The notes beneath the pieces are model-generated. The model had not been told where the DNA came from. It did not search any database and saw nothing but the letters and a program-made list of their open reading frames with translations. From the NCBI GenBank assembly GCA_002633005.1, contig NMRA01000868.1, forward strand, positions 49,529-113,528: a DNA stretch of 64,000 nucleotides, given 5' to 3'. Shown here one piece after another: positions 11,734 through 26,069 of this stretch. The stretch comes from Phoronis australis. Its lineage: Eukaryota; Animalia; Phoronida. A program made the position numbers and the translations under genes. Within the stretch, counting starts at the first letter, position 1; each line of letters starts with the position of its first letter.

Positions 11734-13076
11734 TATTGCTGGAACACGCGCAGAGTACTGTTGTTCCTGGGTTTTCTTCAATTTTATTCTTATTCTTATT
11801 CTTATTACTCTGCGCGTGTAAGCGCAGAGTACTGTTGTTCCTGGGTTTTCTTCAATTTTATTCTTATTCTTATTCTTATTCTTCTTATTCTTCTTCTTAT
11901 TCTTCTTCCGACCAACTTTGAGGCTTAATAACTCCGAATTGGGTGCAGGTACGGTCTTTAAATTCAGCATATGCATTTTGACAGTATATAAATTTTGATT
12001 GGTTATATAATTATATTCCATATTGCACCGGAAGAGGTCGTTTGGTGCAAAGGTCATATAATTTTCAAAATGCTACTCCTCCTTCAGTTTTGAAGCTATC
12101 TTTTTTAAATTCGGTGCACAGGTATAAGTCAACATGACAATTTAAAAAGTTACTTTTCTAAGTAATCAGGTCATCCAATCAAGTGAAATAGGTCAAAGGT
12201 CATTAGGTGCAAACTAAAATTTTGAGCTAGACACTTCAAGTTGACAGGTCTGATTGCCACAGGTAAATCAAAGCAGAATCCAAAGTTTCAGGTCATTTAG
12301 TGCAAATATGGGGTCATTAGGTGCATTTTCCTTCTGAAAATTTGACCTTTTCAATTAGCAAGTTTTCTGATGTGTTAACCGTTAGACAACTGTGATACTC
12401 AGCGTATAACACATTTTCCATGGGCTTTGCAATAATTCTCTTAAAGGTGCTTAAAATGCACCGGATAAGGTCAATTAGTGCAAAGGTCATGTAATGTTCA
12501 AAATGTTATATCTCTTACATTTTTCAAGGAATTCTTTTCAATTTCAGCACACTAGTGTATGTAAACATAACAATTGAACAACCTACTTAACTACGCAATA
12601 GACCTAACCAATCAGAAAAAATAGGTCAAAGGTCATTGAGTGCAAAATTAAAATTTTGAGCTAGAGACTTCAAAATTACATATTTGTTTATTAAACGCGA
12701 TTGAGTTTGAATTCTAAATTTTTGGGTCATTTGGTGCATCCATGGGGTCATTAGGTGCATTTTTCTTCTGAAAGTTTGACCAATTAAGTCATGTTGTATT
12801 CTTAAGTGCTTAAAGCAAAACACCTGTGATTTTTAGCATTAACTATACTTTAAATTGGTTGTTCAATTATTCCCTCACTGTGGTTCATAATGCACCTGAA
12901 GAGGTCAGTTAGTGGAAAGGTCATCAAAACTTTAACATGAAATTACTCCTACAATTTTAAAGAATTTCTTTTCATATTGGTAAACGGGGTTGCTGTCAGT
13001 AACATCCCATAACAATTCCTTTAATACGCACGCGCAGAGTCCATTATTGTCACGCCGTGACAATAATCTTTCTAGT
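11734..13076 (+). mobile_element. Helentron-associated element (HINE/DINE-1-like)
   Basis: 5' hairpin tactctgcgc-gtgtaa-gcgcagagta followed by a (TTA/TTC)n microsatellite, central ~435-bp degenerate tandem repeats (gtgcaaaggtcat at ~12045, 12478, 12912), 3' subTIR cacgcgcagagt (13029), 3' hairpin attattgtcacg-c-cgtgacaataat, and terminal ctagt. Confidence 0.85.
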
Positions 13077-14104
13077 CTTTTATTTGCCAGTGGTTCCACT
13101 CTTGCCAGACTGTGAACTTTCCCCGCGATACCAACATCACAACTTTCCGTTCTTCGATTTACGGTAAAATTCACATTGTTCCTCTTCTACATGACAGAGC
13201 ACTATTTCGCCATTGATTAAAAACAGAATTTTTCAGGGGATTTTGCAACACCGCAACTTCACGCCGTCGAGTGGTTTTGGATGTTTCCTCTCCTGTTCAC
13301 CAAACACGGTATCCGGACGTTTTTGTATGCTGTGGCAAAGACTTAACTCTTACGGTGAAATAGGTTGGAATGATATTTTCCGTGACAGCAGCTCTACATG
13401 TAATTTATTTGTTTTAACTAAACAAGCATTCCAACCTAGAAACCTTATATTCCATACCAAGATGCAATGCCGGAATAAGCCACTTCAAAAAATCCACGCA
13501 TGCGCAGGTCATCCTCAGCATTGCGAGATCGAAATTGTCATTCCAGCTTTAATGAGGGTCTTGGCGTTTTGAAATTAAATACGTTTTTCTTTCAACCATG
13601 GGTATTTTGGGTTTGAAGCTCCCCATAGTACACTCTTACTGTTGACGGAATGTAATGTGAAGACACCGGTGATGTTAGAGGAAGGTGTAAGAGCAGGAGT
13701 GTGTGAACTAGAGTAATAGGCGGCATGGAAATTATGATAGATGTAAGGGTCAGGAGGGAACTTGGTAGAAAACTCGAAAGGGAGCCGAGGAATGGAATAA
13801 ATGGACGACGAGTAAAATAAAACGCTCATCAATAAGGGTAGTTTTGGTCGTCTTCTGCGCCGTATCAGGTCATTGTAATCCGATACTCACGGTTTCCCAT
13901 TATTACGAACACTGTCAGCTGTAGATAAAGCTTAAGGTTGTACGCAACCACCTCTGGTACAATGGACAAGAACTGCGGGTTCATTTTGCCACTGCACTTT
14001 GTGTGTGTGTTCTTCTAATTTGAATACGCTGAGTGAGAATATTTTCTTCATCTAAAAGCATGGAAAATAGAAAAAAATCGGCTTTTGATATTAGCACAAG
14101 ATCT

Positions 14105-14343
14105 GGGGCCCGTTCCAGAATTTACTTAACTTCATTTTTTACTTATGTCTCAACTTCCAAACATTGAAATTTCCACTTCCGGAAAATTAGTCAAAATAAT
14201 AAAACGAAACTTAAGTCAAAAACTTAAGTCACACCTAAAACCCCTTTCTTGAAACGGACTTGAGACAAATTTGAGTTTTATCGTAAAAATGAATGAAATT
14301 TAAGACTTGTCTTAGCTAAGTTAGTTTTCTTGGAACGGGTCCC
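14105..14343. mobile_element. PIF/Harbinger-like MITE
   Basis: TIRs ggggcccgttcca...tggaacgggtccc. The interior is rich in acttaag/acttaa motifs. Confidence 0.7.
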
Positions 14344-16794
14344 TCGAAGCCATCTTCAGTTAAGGCGAACTGTAACATAAAGTTATCGTAAAGCGTTCTT
14401 CACTAGTGTACGGTCTTAGCAAATGAGTAAGTCGAATGAATAACAAAATAGTGTTCGTGGGAAATTTGACTTATGACCAACTTTGAACTGTGGTCTTGTT
14501 ATATTTGGATTCAGCTGGATACTGCAACAGAATGAAGGTTAGCTGAGGCACAAATACAAAATAAAGTAATGAAAATAATTGGTCATAAATTTGTCGCCAC
14601 TCTTGCTAAAAATAGCCAATTTCTAGCTTTTATGTGGTTGAATAGCCTATCGTTCACCTATTACTAAGGATTTGCGAGTGCATGGAAGGTCATTTTTGCC
14701 GCTGTCGTTGCCGTTGTGCGATATTTACAAGATGTGAAGAATGATGGAGAGAGCCACCTCAAGCATGAACGGGTATGCCTGTGGGAGCTATAGTAACAGC
14801 AGCTTGACAGAGCACCACCCGTAGGAAACAAAAATAGCATCGCTTGTGCACAATAGGAAACATTGGAACGTCAGTCTTAGAATGGGCGTTGGCGGGAAAA
14901 TTTCGCCAGAAAAAATATGAGCGTACATGTACTTTTATACTTTTAGCCGTTATTTACGCCGTTAATTACGCCTTAAAGTTGCGAGCGTAATTAAATCATT
15001 CACTGCGTGAAATTACGCTGGTAAATTAGTTTAAACTCTTAGCAATGACGTTCTGTTTTACAACTCGCGGTAGCGCGCGCTCATGTAAATACTTATTTTT
15101 TACTGACGGATTACATGTCTACGGAACGAGCGCTTAATCATGGCGGATCAAATCGCTAGTGCAATGTCAGCGATTGTGCACGGACGAGTTGCCAGCAACA
15201 GCCGTGCATGTTAGGTCAACACTGATTGGTTTACATGTAAATTTGGAATGTTCTTAAGGTAATTTTTGAGCGTAATTCTACGACGACACATTCCCCTCAA
15301 CGGCACACGATTGCCCGCAGCCACTTTTTGTCAGGCATATTTTTTAGATGGTCGTTTCGAACAAACAGAAAAGCATTGTGCGTGTATCAATGAAAGGCCT
15401 GTCTCTTTCGAGGAATATTTGGAAACTTTCCAAACTACGAACAAATTGCTTACTTTCTAGGGTGTTCAATAATATATCTATTAATTGACACAATCATTCA
15501 CCCGATTAAATGCAAGGCCTCAGTAACAAAACTAAACAACAAAATTCTTTACAGCGATTCTCTACCAAACTTTGTAATTTTAAGCCGAATTATTCAAGAT
15601 CCTGAATTCCATTAGAGGAAGATGAAGTTAAGAAATAGGACCTAGCGGGATTTTGGACAGAACGCAAATGTCGACCTGCCAATTTCCATAGCGCTCAGCG
15701 CAAAAAAATGGTACACTCAATTTGGTTGTCGTTAGTTTATATCAACAGTGTACCAATTGCCAACACCTATTCTCTTGATGTTGTACATGTACTTTCATGG
15801 TAATTTTGTAATAATTCTGTTTGAGTTTAAATATAAAACATATTTTACTAGACATTGAAATGCTGTCACCTAAGAGAAAAAAACGATCAAGGTGCTAGGA
15901 TTGTTCAAGCAGTGGGCATTTGTCTCCAAAAGTGTATAAATTACCCGCAATCAACCTTCCATAACTCAACGTTCCTCGGGTCATTTCTTGGCGTCATTCA
16001 GCCAAAAACAGAGAGTAGAAGATGGCAGAGTATTTGACACGTTTCATAAGTAGTCTCCTCCCATTCTTTTGATCCACGTCAATTTTATAAATCTGTTTAA
16101 AAAGCGCTCCGGTGGACCGTTAGCTTTGCGTAAGAGTTGAGTTTGGCTACTGAGCTCTAAGCTTTCAATGTAAAGACATCGAAACATGGGTTGGTTTGCC
16201 GTCTATTTCCTGCAAACGTGTGTTTACGAGCAATCAGCTTCATCATGGCTCCGCAGACAATTCAAAAGCCGCAATTATGATGTTTAAAATACTTACAGGA
16301 TTAATGGCCAAATATCATTTTCACCACTGTGAGAAAATTAATGGCGTTTCTCGTGACTCGATTCACTGTCGCATAAGAAAGACCATATCACGTGGTCAAT
16401 TCACTTACAAGTACAACGATTCCGAGATAAAAGCACAAAGTTTAACTCGATTCATCGTCACCTAAAAACAACCAAACCAAGAGGTCACTTCACTTAGAAA
16501 ACCAAGATAACAAAACTAAAAAAACAAAAAGTCGGAAAAATATAAAAGAGAGAGTATTGTAGACTATGCGTTGTCTTTCATGAATTTAAAACCAAACTGG
16601 ATTAGGCTTATTTCCATATTTCACAGTCAAAGCTAAGACTGGACAAGGCGTAAAACCCATGGCTTCTTTAGTATTCAGTTTTTTTAAGGGAGCCCTGTAT
16701 GTTTTAGGTTAGTCGAAATCCCTTTTGGAATAATTGTACCCAGTCGTCTGTCTAGTTCTCGCTTGCAACTAATCTACCTGTAATTTAATACCAG

Positions 16795-17197
16795 GGCCCG
16801 GTCTCCAATCTTTTACTCGAAATGGAACTCGAAATTCGGTTTGGCATTTTCTACTCTACTTTTGGGCGAACTCAAGATAAGTGTCTATTATTCTATGCTC
16901 GAGTACACAATAATTTACGTAGATAATGTATTGCGCTTAGTTCACAGTTTGTAAACCCAATATTAATTTAGCAATAGGTTCGAGTTTGAACTCCAAATTT
17001 CTATTTGCTATTCGAGTTTGTAGCACGAATATAATGGTCTGCAAGGGCAAACTTGAACTAGAAACTCCTATGCATAAACTATAATGTATTTGAGCACAGT
17101 CTGATAACCAATTATCTTAAGTTCGCACAAAAGGAGCAGAGAAATTGCCAAAAATAGTTTCGAGTTCGTTTCGAGTACAAAGATTAGAGACCGGACA
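16795..17197. mobile_element. PIF/Harbinger-like MITE with CAG target-site duplication
   Basis: TIRs ggcccggtctccaatcttttactcgaaa / tttcgagtacaaagattagagaccggaca, flanked by cag on both sides. Confidence 0.75.
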
Positions 17198-18249
17198 CAG
17201 GTGTCTCTTCGAAATCGCGGGTTAGTGAAAATGGACAACCGGTTATCCACCACGTCTCTTTGAGCCTCACATTAGTTACCGATGTCCTAAATAATCTGAA
17301 TTTGGTTAAATGTCGTGTCAGTCTTCCGATTAGTTCTTACTTGCAACTAATCTGGCTGAACTGCAATACAAGCTGTAATCAACTTTCAACTCGCGTTTTA
17401 GTGAAACACTGGAGTTCAGCGGATTAAAATTTCTCTCAGTTCGAAGACATCAAAGTGTTTTTAGGTTTTAGTGAATTGTATTTGAATCACACGATGTTCT
17501 CAAAATATCCCCATTCTAAAAATGAATCCAGTAAACCAAGCAAACGGCAGAATGTAGCGGTATTATGTCTCTACTTTCGTTCATAAGTTTTTGCAAGTTC
17601 AGTGGAACACCAGTCCTGTCTTCAGATTCTCGGTAAAAAAGCACGAGCAAAATTGTGCAAGTTACGGGTGTGTGTTTTAAAGAGGGCATGTGATTATGGA
17701 TACATTTTAGCTAGGTGTAGGTTCTAACGTAGGTCCTAGCGTTATGGAATGATCCCGAGATTCAATCATGCGGGCGTTTGTTTATCCGTCGCTACTCGAC
17801 ATCAGTGTGGGGTTTATCACAGGTTGTTTACCATAATACCTAACAAAAAATGTGATCCTATGCTTCATATCAAACATATTGAAAAGCAAATAAAACCCAT
17901 TCTGAGCATATGCATGTACACAGAACTACTGGCTACAGTTATATTCATGATAAGATTACGTTGCGCTATTTGTATACATAGAGTTAACCTGTTTTGAGCA
18001 GTTTTGCAGTATAAGCGTAAGGACAAATGCAGTTAGTGGTTCCCCGTTTGAGGTGGCCTTAAAATCTTCGAACAACCAATGTCTCAGACACAAAAATGGC
18101 GGGCTGTCACTGGGTACACAAACTTGTCCTGATTCATTGGAATAATTAGCTTTTTTATAATCATTAAAATGACTATTTTAAAGTTGAGAATGCACTATGT
18201 GTGTTGCGATTACGCAAGAGGCTAAATGATGTATTTCACACCCATTGAT

Positions 18250-19300
18250 GTTTTGTGATTAACTCAAAATAACAAGAAGCCAAGTTAAAAACAAGATCAT
18301 TTACGGACTGTTGGCATGTAATACTTATCTGTAAAACTTGTGCGGTTTTGCCAACGCACTGCATTTTACACTACCGAGGTAGCCAGGTTTAACGGCATAA
18401 CAGTTTGCAGGTTCTAAATGACTCCAAAAGGAGAGTTGCTGTGCTAGAAGACCTCGATGCGTTTGAGGTAGCCCTCGAATCACTTGAAGTGGTAAAAACA
18501 TGATTGCATGGCAGCACTAGTGGTCAACATTTCTGGAATATGTCCGCATCTTGAGTTGTGTCATGTCAAAAAGTGGCAGAGATGTTTTAATTTGGGCTGA
18601 ATGTTGTACTGGGAAACCTTAAACTTGGGAAATGGACGGAGTAATGATATGAAAGCGAACAAGATGTACTGCGTCCTTGCAAAGTTCCTTTGAGGTGTAA
18701 TGATATAAATTTTGGTTTTCAAAAACCAGCAACCATTTCAATCCATTGATATACGTACTGCCAGGAAAAATCCAAGAGTGAATTGCATAGTTTTTCTCTT
18801 CGTAAAATTCTCTAACGTCTTGGTGCCCATTTGTGTACACTTCTGCATCCCTTTGCAGAAATTTCAACAACGTTCTTTTTGAATCAGTGCGACATGGGTG
18901 CAAAGACGACGAATGGTTTGCTGTGATGAATGTCAAAACAAATGTCAGCGCAACTGCCCTCCCAAGTTTATCCTCGAGACACCTCAGGCTGTAATGTCTG
19001 ATGCAAACATTTGTCGCTAGTTACACACTGACCATTAAGATTATGGAATCCATCAACGCCAGCTTCAGCAAGTTTTGACGTTGCCCAACCCTGAAAATTG
19101 GCAAATTTGCGCATTGCATTTTATTTGGAAATGGTTGCAGACTTAACTTGTTGTATGATGGTTGAAATCGTTCTGAGGCCGATTGCATCAGGATAAAACT
19201 GCTCTCCAGATCCTAGCAATGGAGTTCAAAATACGAATTTACAACACAAATAATAAGTTTGTATCGGCATGTATGTTATTGGCTTTGCTTGGTTATGGTT
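18250..19300 (-). mobile_element. Highly decayed DNA-transposase remnant, possibly Sola2-like
   Basis: Minus-strand fragments GVDG..., CLEDKLGRAV.../ICFDIHH and PCNH resemble the Sola2 motifs (DGT..N, LE..LGR....C..H, PCH). Many frameshifts. Confidence 0.35.
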
Positions 19301-22300
19301 CATAAGAAAAGTGCATTTCCTTTCCTTTTCTGTCTCTCGTCTTCCATCATCCAACTCGGCCTTGCGCCTGAAATACATGACAAATAAGAATGGTGTTATA
19401 CCTTCGGCAAGAAACTTAATTTTCTGTCATTGAAGCATTAGTCATTACGTTACATGAAACCTGTTTCTTGAAGAGTCTTTACGCTTCAACTGTCGAATTC
19501 GTTTGATTTGATTTAAGGACCTCATGCGCCGAAAACCAGTCTAAGCTAAATGTATTATTTTAAAAAGCAATTTCTTGCGTACATCGCACGCGCAAACAGA
19601 TCTGAAGAGTGTTATCCTAACTGAAATATTTACTAAAACTGAACACGAACTTGTGGTGCGTTTATTTGAAGGACTAAAGACAACTATAAGTACCATTTCA
19701 AAAGAAAACCAAAAAATCGCTCTAAGGGTCATACTTTAGATTCAACCTGTGATCGTGGGATGGCTGTTGTTTGAAAACATCACCAATTGTGCCCTTTTTG
19801 TCATTTTTGTTCTTGATATATAGGCCCGCAAAGGTTTACGAATATAATGGCACTTTTTGCATACCGAAAACAACAACAATTCTCCAGATATAAGTAACAG
19901 GTAGACTGCATGCTGTATGTATTCGTTAAAGCACATCATAGGATTAAGAAGTGGGACATAAGAATTATGAAATAAAAATGATACAAAAAAATTCTCTGCA
20001 ACCATCACGTGACGGGAGAAAAATCCGGTAGCGCTTTCTGTAATGTCTGTTGAAAGTGGGTGTCACTCAATTGCTTCTTCAAGCCAGTTTGCAGGGCTGT
20101 GGACATTGAAAAACATGTTTGTGTATAGATCTTGGATGTTTCAACAATTTTTGAAATCTTTCGAATGGTAATTTTTTCAGGTTGTGTACTGAAAATGCCC
20201 CAATGTTGCGTATTCTACGGTTTTAAACGAATACTTTTGTAACTTCTTTACACTTAAGGGGTTTAAGAAGAAACGATTTACGGGAATTATCATTTTACTG
20301 ACAATAATCATGTCTTGCATGTCCTTATTATTATTTCACTCATTTCTCGTTCTTAACTGACTGTGGATCAGAGGTTGCGATGTCACAGGTAATGACATAT
20401 TTGCCTGGTGACAATACCCAAAACAAATACTTCTGAGATTTTTAATGATTAATTCCGATTTGCGCACTTTTTCATTGCAATGTAGCTTTTACTTATAAAT
20501 AATAATGGTCAAACCTGAAATTAATTGTTACTACTAAGACAAAAGCATACATCACAAGGAAGGGCACCGATGTATGAAATACAAAAGTGAAAAAAATATC
20601 AAAATCGAATGGTGCATTCAAAAGTAATTGCCATTTGTGTGTCGAATTTGGACTCACTATTTTGATCAGATCGGCCATTCAGCTATATCAGCGACAGAGA
20701 TTATGAGTTTAAAAGTACTTAAACATGATTTTAACAACAGTTCTTGACGTAAAGTTTTGTGACACATATCCGTACCTACCATTGTGTACAATCGAAGGTT
20801 CAAATCATTCAGGGAAATTAATTTATCGAGTGGTCAAAATTCACTTTTGATAATATAGCGACTTTTCTGAATTGAAAGGCATGTTCAACCGGCTACGTTG
20901 TCATCGGTGAAGATTGAAATACAATACATTTTTAGCCACACTGCTACAAAAGCAAGTTTTGAATAATAGTCCGGTGCCTATTACTAATCTTTTTACTTAT
21001 ATGAATTGCCCATTCAATTTACCTTGCACAAATACTGTTGAATTTGATTTGAAATCGTTTTTGGAAGCTAATTTTTGTTCACAACAGGACATTTTTTTTC
21101 TAAATGTATGCATCTATTGTGCTTTCGATTCATGTTGTGTAATTAGCAATACTTTATATTTAGAGATATATAAAATCAACAAAGTGAAAATATTACTTAT
21201 TTACAGAAACGGTTTACATTTGGATTGTTAAATGTGAAGCTTATTGGTATCCTTCTGCTTCAAAGATTCCTGATTTTTATTATTATCATGCTTTCCAAAT
21301 TCTAGTTTAAGGAGGAGCTCCTTTATCATGATACTCAGTTGCCACGGTAACATTCATGTATGTCTATTCTCATACTTAGCGTGAGCTTGTTTCATCCTAC
21401 GTGTACATATACAATGCTGAAATTTTCCAAAATACATTGAAAGGCCAAATGCTGATAGGATAATTAAGTTTGCGTATTAATTTGATTGAGATCTCTTAGC
21501 TAGGTGTAAACCGGGACTATAACGACATTTTGAAAACCCCGTGTCCAATATTTTTAAGAGACGTCATATTTTTCTCTCATGGGAGCGTGACAAGTGACAA
21601 AATCATTTATACGATTAGCATCCTGTAAAAATGACAAGACTCAGATTAAAGTGATTTTTAACTTTAAATAATGATCATCAGGTAATAGAGTGGACGTTAC
21701 CAGTGCACACCGTCAGTTAGCAACAAACGTGGGGGAGAGGGGGGCAAAGGTTTCCTAAGTGCTGTTGTGCCAGAAGAGGTTAGACTGGTTTGAAATCATG
21801 AATGTAAATAACATGAGTATTTAGCCAAATTGGAAGAATGAAGTGGAAAGCAAAAGCCATCATCAGGTACAATAGTAGAAACAAAACAGCACGTACATGG
21901 GCGCCGCATCACTGAAAAAAGGGGGGGTTCAAATTTTTTAACCTCCTTGTGTCCGACTATAGCCCATGGCCGGCGCAGCAGTGAAAAAATTGGGGAACTA
22001 TAGCCCTCCAGCTCCTATGGTGCGCCTCCCATGTGTAGAGAATTTCTCGTTTACACTGGAATCCCTTAAGATTCCCTTTGCCATGGACAAAGTATAACAT
22101 GCCTATTAAGCATGCCGTTTGTATTAGTGTAGATCTAAGCTTTTGAATTGGAAAGATAATTGTTAGCTCTAAACTTTCTCAACAATGGTGGTTCTTATAA
22201 CACTCAATTTGGTTTCCTCTGACATGAGCACACAAGCAGTGTCGAGAGTGGCTTTAATTTGAGAGATAAAAATGACTAAAAACGGTGATTTTTGTTCATC

Positions 22301-23058
22301 TTGACAAAGGGCCACTTCTCAAAGCAGCATTGGTTTTAACCATGTTTCATGACGGTTTTTCGTTACGTTATTTTATTTTTAATACCCCAGTCTACTTATT
22401 TTGGTCGGACGGGAACGTGTTGCAAATCTTTTTTAATTTATTTTTAAGCTTGAAGTACTAAAACAGTAGTAGATTTTGATGGCCAGCGAAACTTAGGAGT
22501 CAGTTGGTTTTGAACCCATCCATGGTGATTGCATTTTCTTGTCGACTTCAAAGGTAGCCATGGTCGGCTCCATCACTAGATTACCCTTATTATTGAGGCA
22601 TTTTCGCGACAATCTGTTCTCCGGTTAGTGTACTTCCGGTCGAAAAAATAGTTGGACATGGACTGGGCGAAAAGCGATGTCTTAAAAGCATTTTTATAAC
22701 ATCTAATTTGGCCATCGTAATTCTTGTAGCGTAGCTTAGTTGTATAATAAAGGAATAACCCGTGTTATTTTGTTAATTATGGTCAGCATTTGTAAATCCA
22801 CCGAGTTTATCAAAATGCACGCTGGTTTGTGTTCAGTGACAAGCAGTGTTTTAAAATTTTACCTTATCATTTCACTGACTTTTCACTGTTTATTTTAACG
22901 AACATTGTTGGTTTTGGAAGATAGAAAATTCTCCTGTATTTACTGGCAGAGATGCAATTTATGGCCAGGTAATTACATCTTAGTAGGTGTTTCTCGCACC
23001 GAACAATGCAGTGATTACAGTAGTGTTCGTCCCTGGCGCCCCACCCTCTTTGATCCTG

Positions 23059-23162
23059 CTACAAGCTGCTCAGAAGGACAAGCAGTGAATATTTCAGCAT
23101 ATCTTTGGAATCGCGTGTCTTCCTTGTAAGCGTATTATTCACGGCATGAAATATCGCAAGTG
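23059..23162 (-). CDS. Candidate alternative terminal exon with hydrophobic tail
   Basis: Strong acceptor tttaatcttccag|. Phase 1 reads xLAIFHAVNNTLTRKTRDSKDMLKYSLLVLLSSL*. An AATAAA lies on the minus strand near 22890. Confidence 0.3.
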
Positions 23163-24229
23163 CTGGAAGATTAAATTAATATTGAAACGTCTTTCTCAAA
23201 CACCCATGTACCATGCATCAGAAACGTTTCGCAAAGAAATTTAACCAAAGAAATGCATGTATAGTTACAAAAAGTGGCACCAGGGTGAAGCAGTTGTCGG
23301 AATATTTATAAACTGACGTCGACTGATTTGATCACCATAAAATTGTTTGCAAAAATAATGGAGTCACTTTATGAGGTTTGTGAGATGCAGTTGCAGAATG
23401 CCCATAGTTAGGTTCTGTAAAATACGCGATGCTATGAATATTCTAACGGTTGTTGCCTGAAAACCAACACAAAAACTATTTTTATATTTTGCTGTTCTTA
23501 GATAGACAGTAAAGAGACCAAAATATCATTAGAAGTCACCAGTACCCCGCGCATCTAAACGATGCTTAAAAACAAATTACACCAATCTGAACAAAATTAA
23601 CCATAATTTGGCACTCCGGGGAAGGTTTACGGAAACCTGTTTGAAAATTCAAAGATTGTCTTCCGATAGAGAATTCCAATACCTTTATGAACATTATATT
23701 TTTTTTTCTGTCCTGTTGCTTTAGGCCTTTTTTAAAACAATTCCACCAACTGAACCGTTTTAAAACAAAAATTGGCTATTTTGATCCAAAATATTCATGA
23801 TGCTCAAACTTAAAGAATGTAGGTCCAGAAATCTTCAAATAAAAACTTGAACACGTCCCACCAGGGTCTATGTTCAGGCAATTTGTTCAAGACCTAAGAG
23901 GGTGACCCTAGAGTCGACCATTTGGTGCGCTCGTGAATTGGCAGTTAGAAGCAATTTTCGATAGATTCTATGGATTTAAAAAGATACATAAACCGTCGAA
24001 GAATTGGATCAAATCTTACTAGTGTATCCGTATTCACCTCAAAAGAAACCAAGCAAAATAATACACTCATTCACCATCCCTTCTACTTTTTGTAAATCCC
24101 TGAGTTTTGTACAAAAATCAGCTCAAAATGACCTTCTTGGTAACTCGAGTAATCCGTTCAGATTAGGACTTTGTACATGTAGGCATGTATACTATTCATC
24201 CGCATGCCCTTCTAGACGGGAAGTCCCAC

Positions 24230-24271
24230 CTGGACAAAGAACTGGTGTCAAGTATATCCTATTAGTCGTGT
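24230..24271 (-). CDS. Candidate 42-nt phase 1-1 exon (xTTNRIYLTPVLCP)
   Basis: catttctttag| acceptor and cag|gtggga donor. Only the phase-1 frame is open. Confidence 0.3.
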
Positions 24272-24769
24272 CTAAAGAAATGAGATAAGCGCTGAAGGGC
24301 CAAGGCGTTTGAAATGAGATGATTGGCTGACCAGTGGAATTTTTTCTTACGTGACCGTCTCGCGGTGAAAGGAAACGTCTGTTACATGAAGTTTTGGATG
24401 ATCTGGGTTGATGACTACTCTGTTCTACTGGGAAATTCTGTCAACACCTTTTCTGTTGGTTAAACGACCCACAGCTTTTTTGTGATCACGTATTTTCATA
24501 TGTTTTGATTTGTTCAGTACTTTATAGATTCAGATGAGTTTATTCTGGTCTGGAAAGACGGTATATAGACAAATAAGAATTAAAATTTACAGAAGCAGTA
24601 TTTGCGCTCGGGCCCAAGGAGATACACGCAGCCTATTGAGTCAAGTAACGTATGATATGTTAATATGATATTGTTTTTTCCCGATAAAATCAATCCCAGA
24701 GTAGAAAAAATATTATAGTACATGAATGTGACAAAATGTCACACGAAGATGGAGATGTACTTACGCATG

Positions 24770-24882
24770 CTAAAGTTTCCAATAAACAAGAATGCACACA
24801 AGTAAGTAGAGAAAAATCTGGGTGTTGGATCTCAGTTGTCCTCCCTGACCGATCCCTCCAAATTCGGCAATTTTTCCATACC
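24770..24882 (-). CDS. Candidate terminal exon encoding GPI-signal-like / hydrophobic C-terminus
   Basis: Acceptor ttaattcaacag|. In phase 1 after kringle 3 it reads WYGKIAEFGGIGQGGQLRSNTQIFLYLLVCILVYWKL* (small residues, polar spacer, hydrophobic tail). A gtaagt donor follows 5 nt after the stop. Another frame is also open, so the reading is uncertain. Confidence 0.4.
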
Positions 24883-24987
24883 CTGTTGAATTAAGAATAG
24901 TACGCAGAGATGGCTATTAATATGACTCGTGTGCGGTTGCAAAAAAGTGGGCAGAAACGATTATGGGCGACAACACAAACAAACAGT

Positions 24988-24994
<7 letters not shown>

Positions 24995-25028
<34 letters not shown>

Positions 25029-25043
25029 AAACACACATACACA
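24995..25043. repeat. (CA)n microsatellite
   Basis: Directly visible cacacaca run. Confidence 0.9.
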
Positions 25044-26069
25044 CCAGTTTCAGCCTGTAAACCTGAAATACGTTCAGCTCAGATCTATATTCAGGGGCAG
25101 ATCTAGCATTTTGAGTGGAGGGGCAGAGTATTAGCCACGTTTTTGACCGTCAGACATTACCAATTCCGAACTGCCAAGAGGAATCTTAGAGACTTTTAGG
25201 GGAGCCATGTCCTATCCTCTAAATCTGGTACTCATATTGTTGCGAAGGGTCTTTGCGAGAACTAGTTATTTTCCATAAGTCCATATTTCGAATTTTTAAA
25301 CTTTAAAACATCAGGGCTGGGTTGCACAAAACTTGAAAATTATCCACTGTCCAAGTTTGTCTCATTGTTCAACAATAACAACGTGACACGTGATAATGCG
25401 ACGTCATTGTTGCTTTTTGGCGTACATGTATACTGGGGAGCCCAATGTTCGTCCGCCTAAGCATAAAACCGACTTGCTGTTGTACTCACCGAATTATTCC
25501 ACTTCAAAGTTATGATCTGAATAGGATTCGATTTAACTCTCACAGATATACCGCATTCATCGATTCGGAAGTTTTCTTTAATTTGTGCCGAGTTATTTCA
25601 AATGTGCACTGCCNNNNNNNNNNNNNNNNNNNNNNNNNNNNNNNNNNNNNNNNNNNNNNNNNNNNNNNNNNNNNNNNNNNNNNNNNNNNNNNNNNNNNNN
25701 NNNNNNNNNNNNNNNNNNNNNNNNNNNNNNNNNNNNNNNNNNNNNNNNNNNNNNNNNNNNNNNNNNNNNNNNNNNNNNNNNNNNNNNNNNNNNNNNNNNN
25801 NNNNNNNNNNNNNNNNNNNNNNNNNNNNNNNNNNNNNNNNNNNNNNNNNNNNNNNNNNNNNNNNNNNNNNNNNNNNNNNNNNNNNNNNNNNNNNNNNNNN
25901 NNNNNNNNNNNNNNNNNNNNNNNNNNNNNNNNNNNNNNNNNNNNNNNNNNNNNNNNNNNNNNNNNNNNNNNNNNNNNNNNNNNNNNNNNNNNNNNNGACT
26001 GTTGTAGTACATGCAATTACAACACCTCAACTGCATCTGCATGCATGGTATACTAGTGCATGTACTTAC

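Noticed and set aside
11611-12057. 148-aa Lys/Asn-rich ORF
   Set aside because: It is a translation of the Helentron microsatellite, not a gene.
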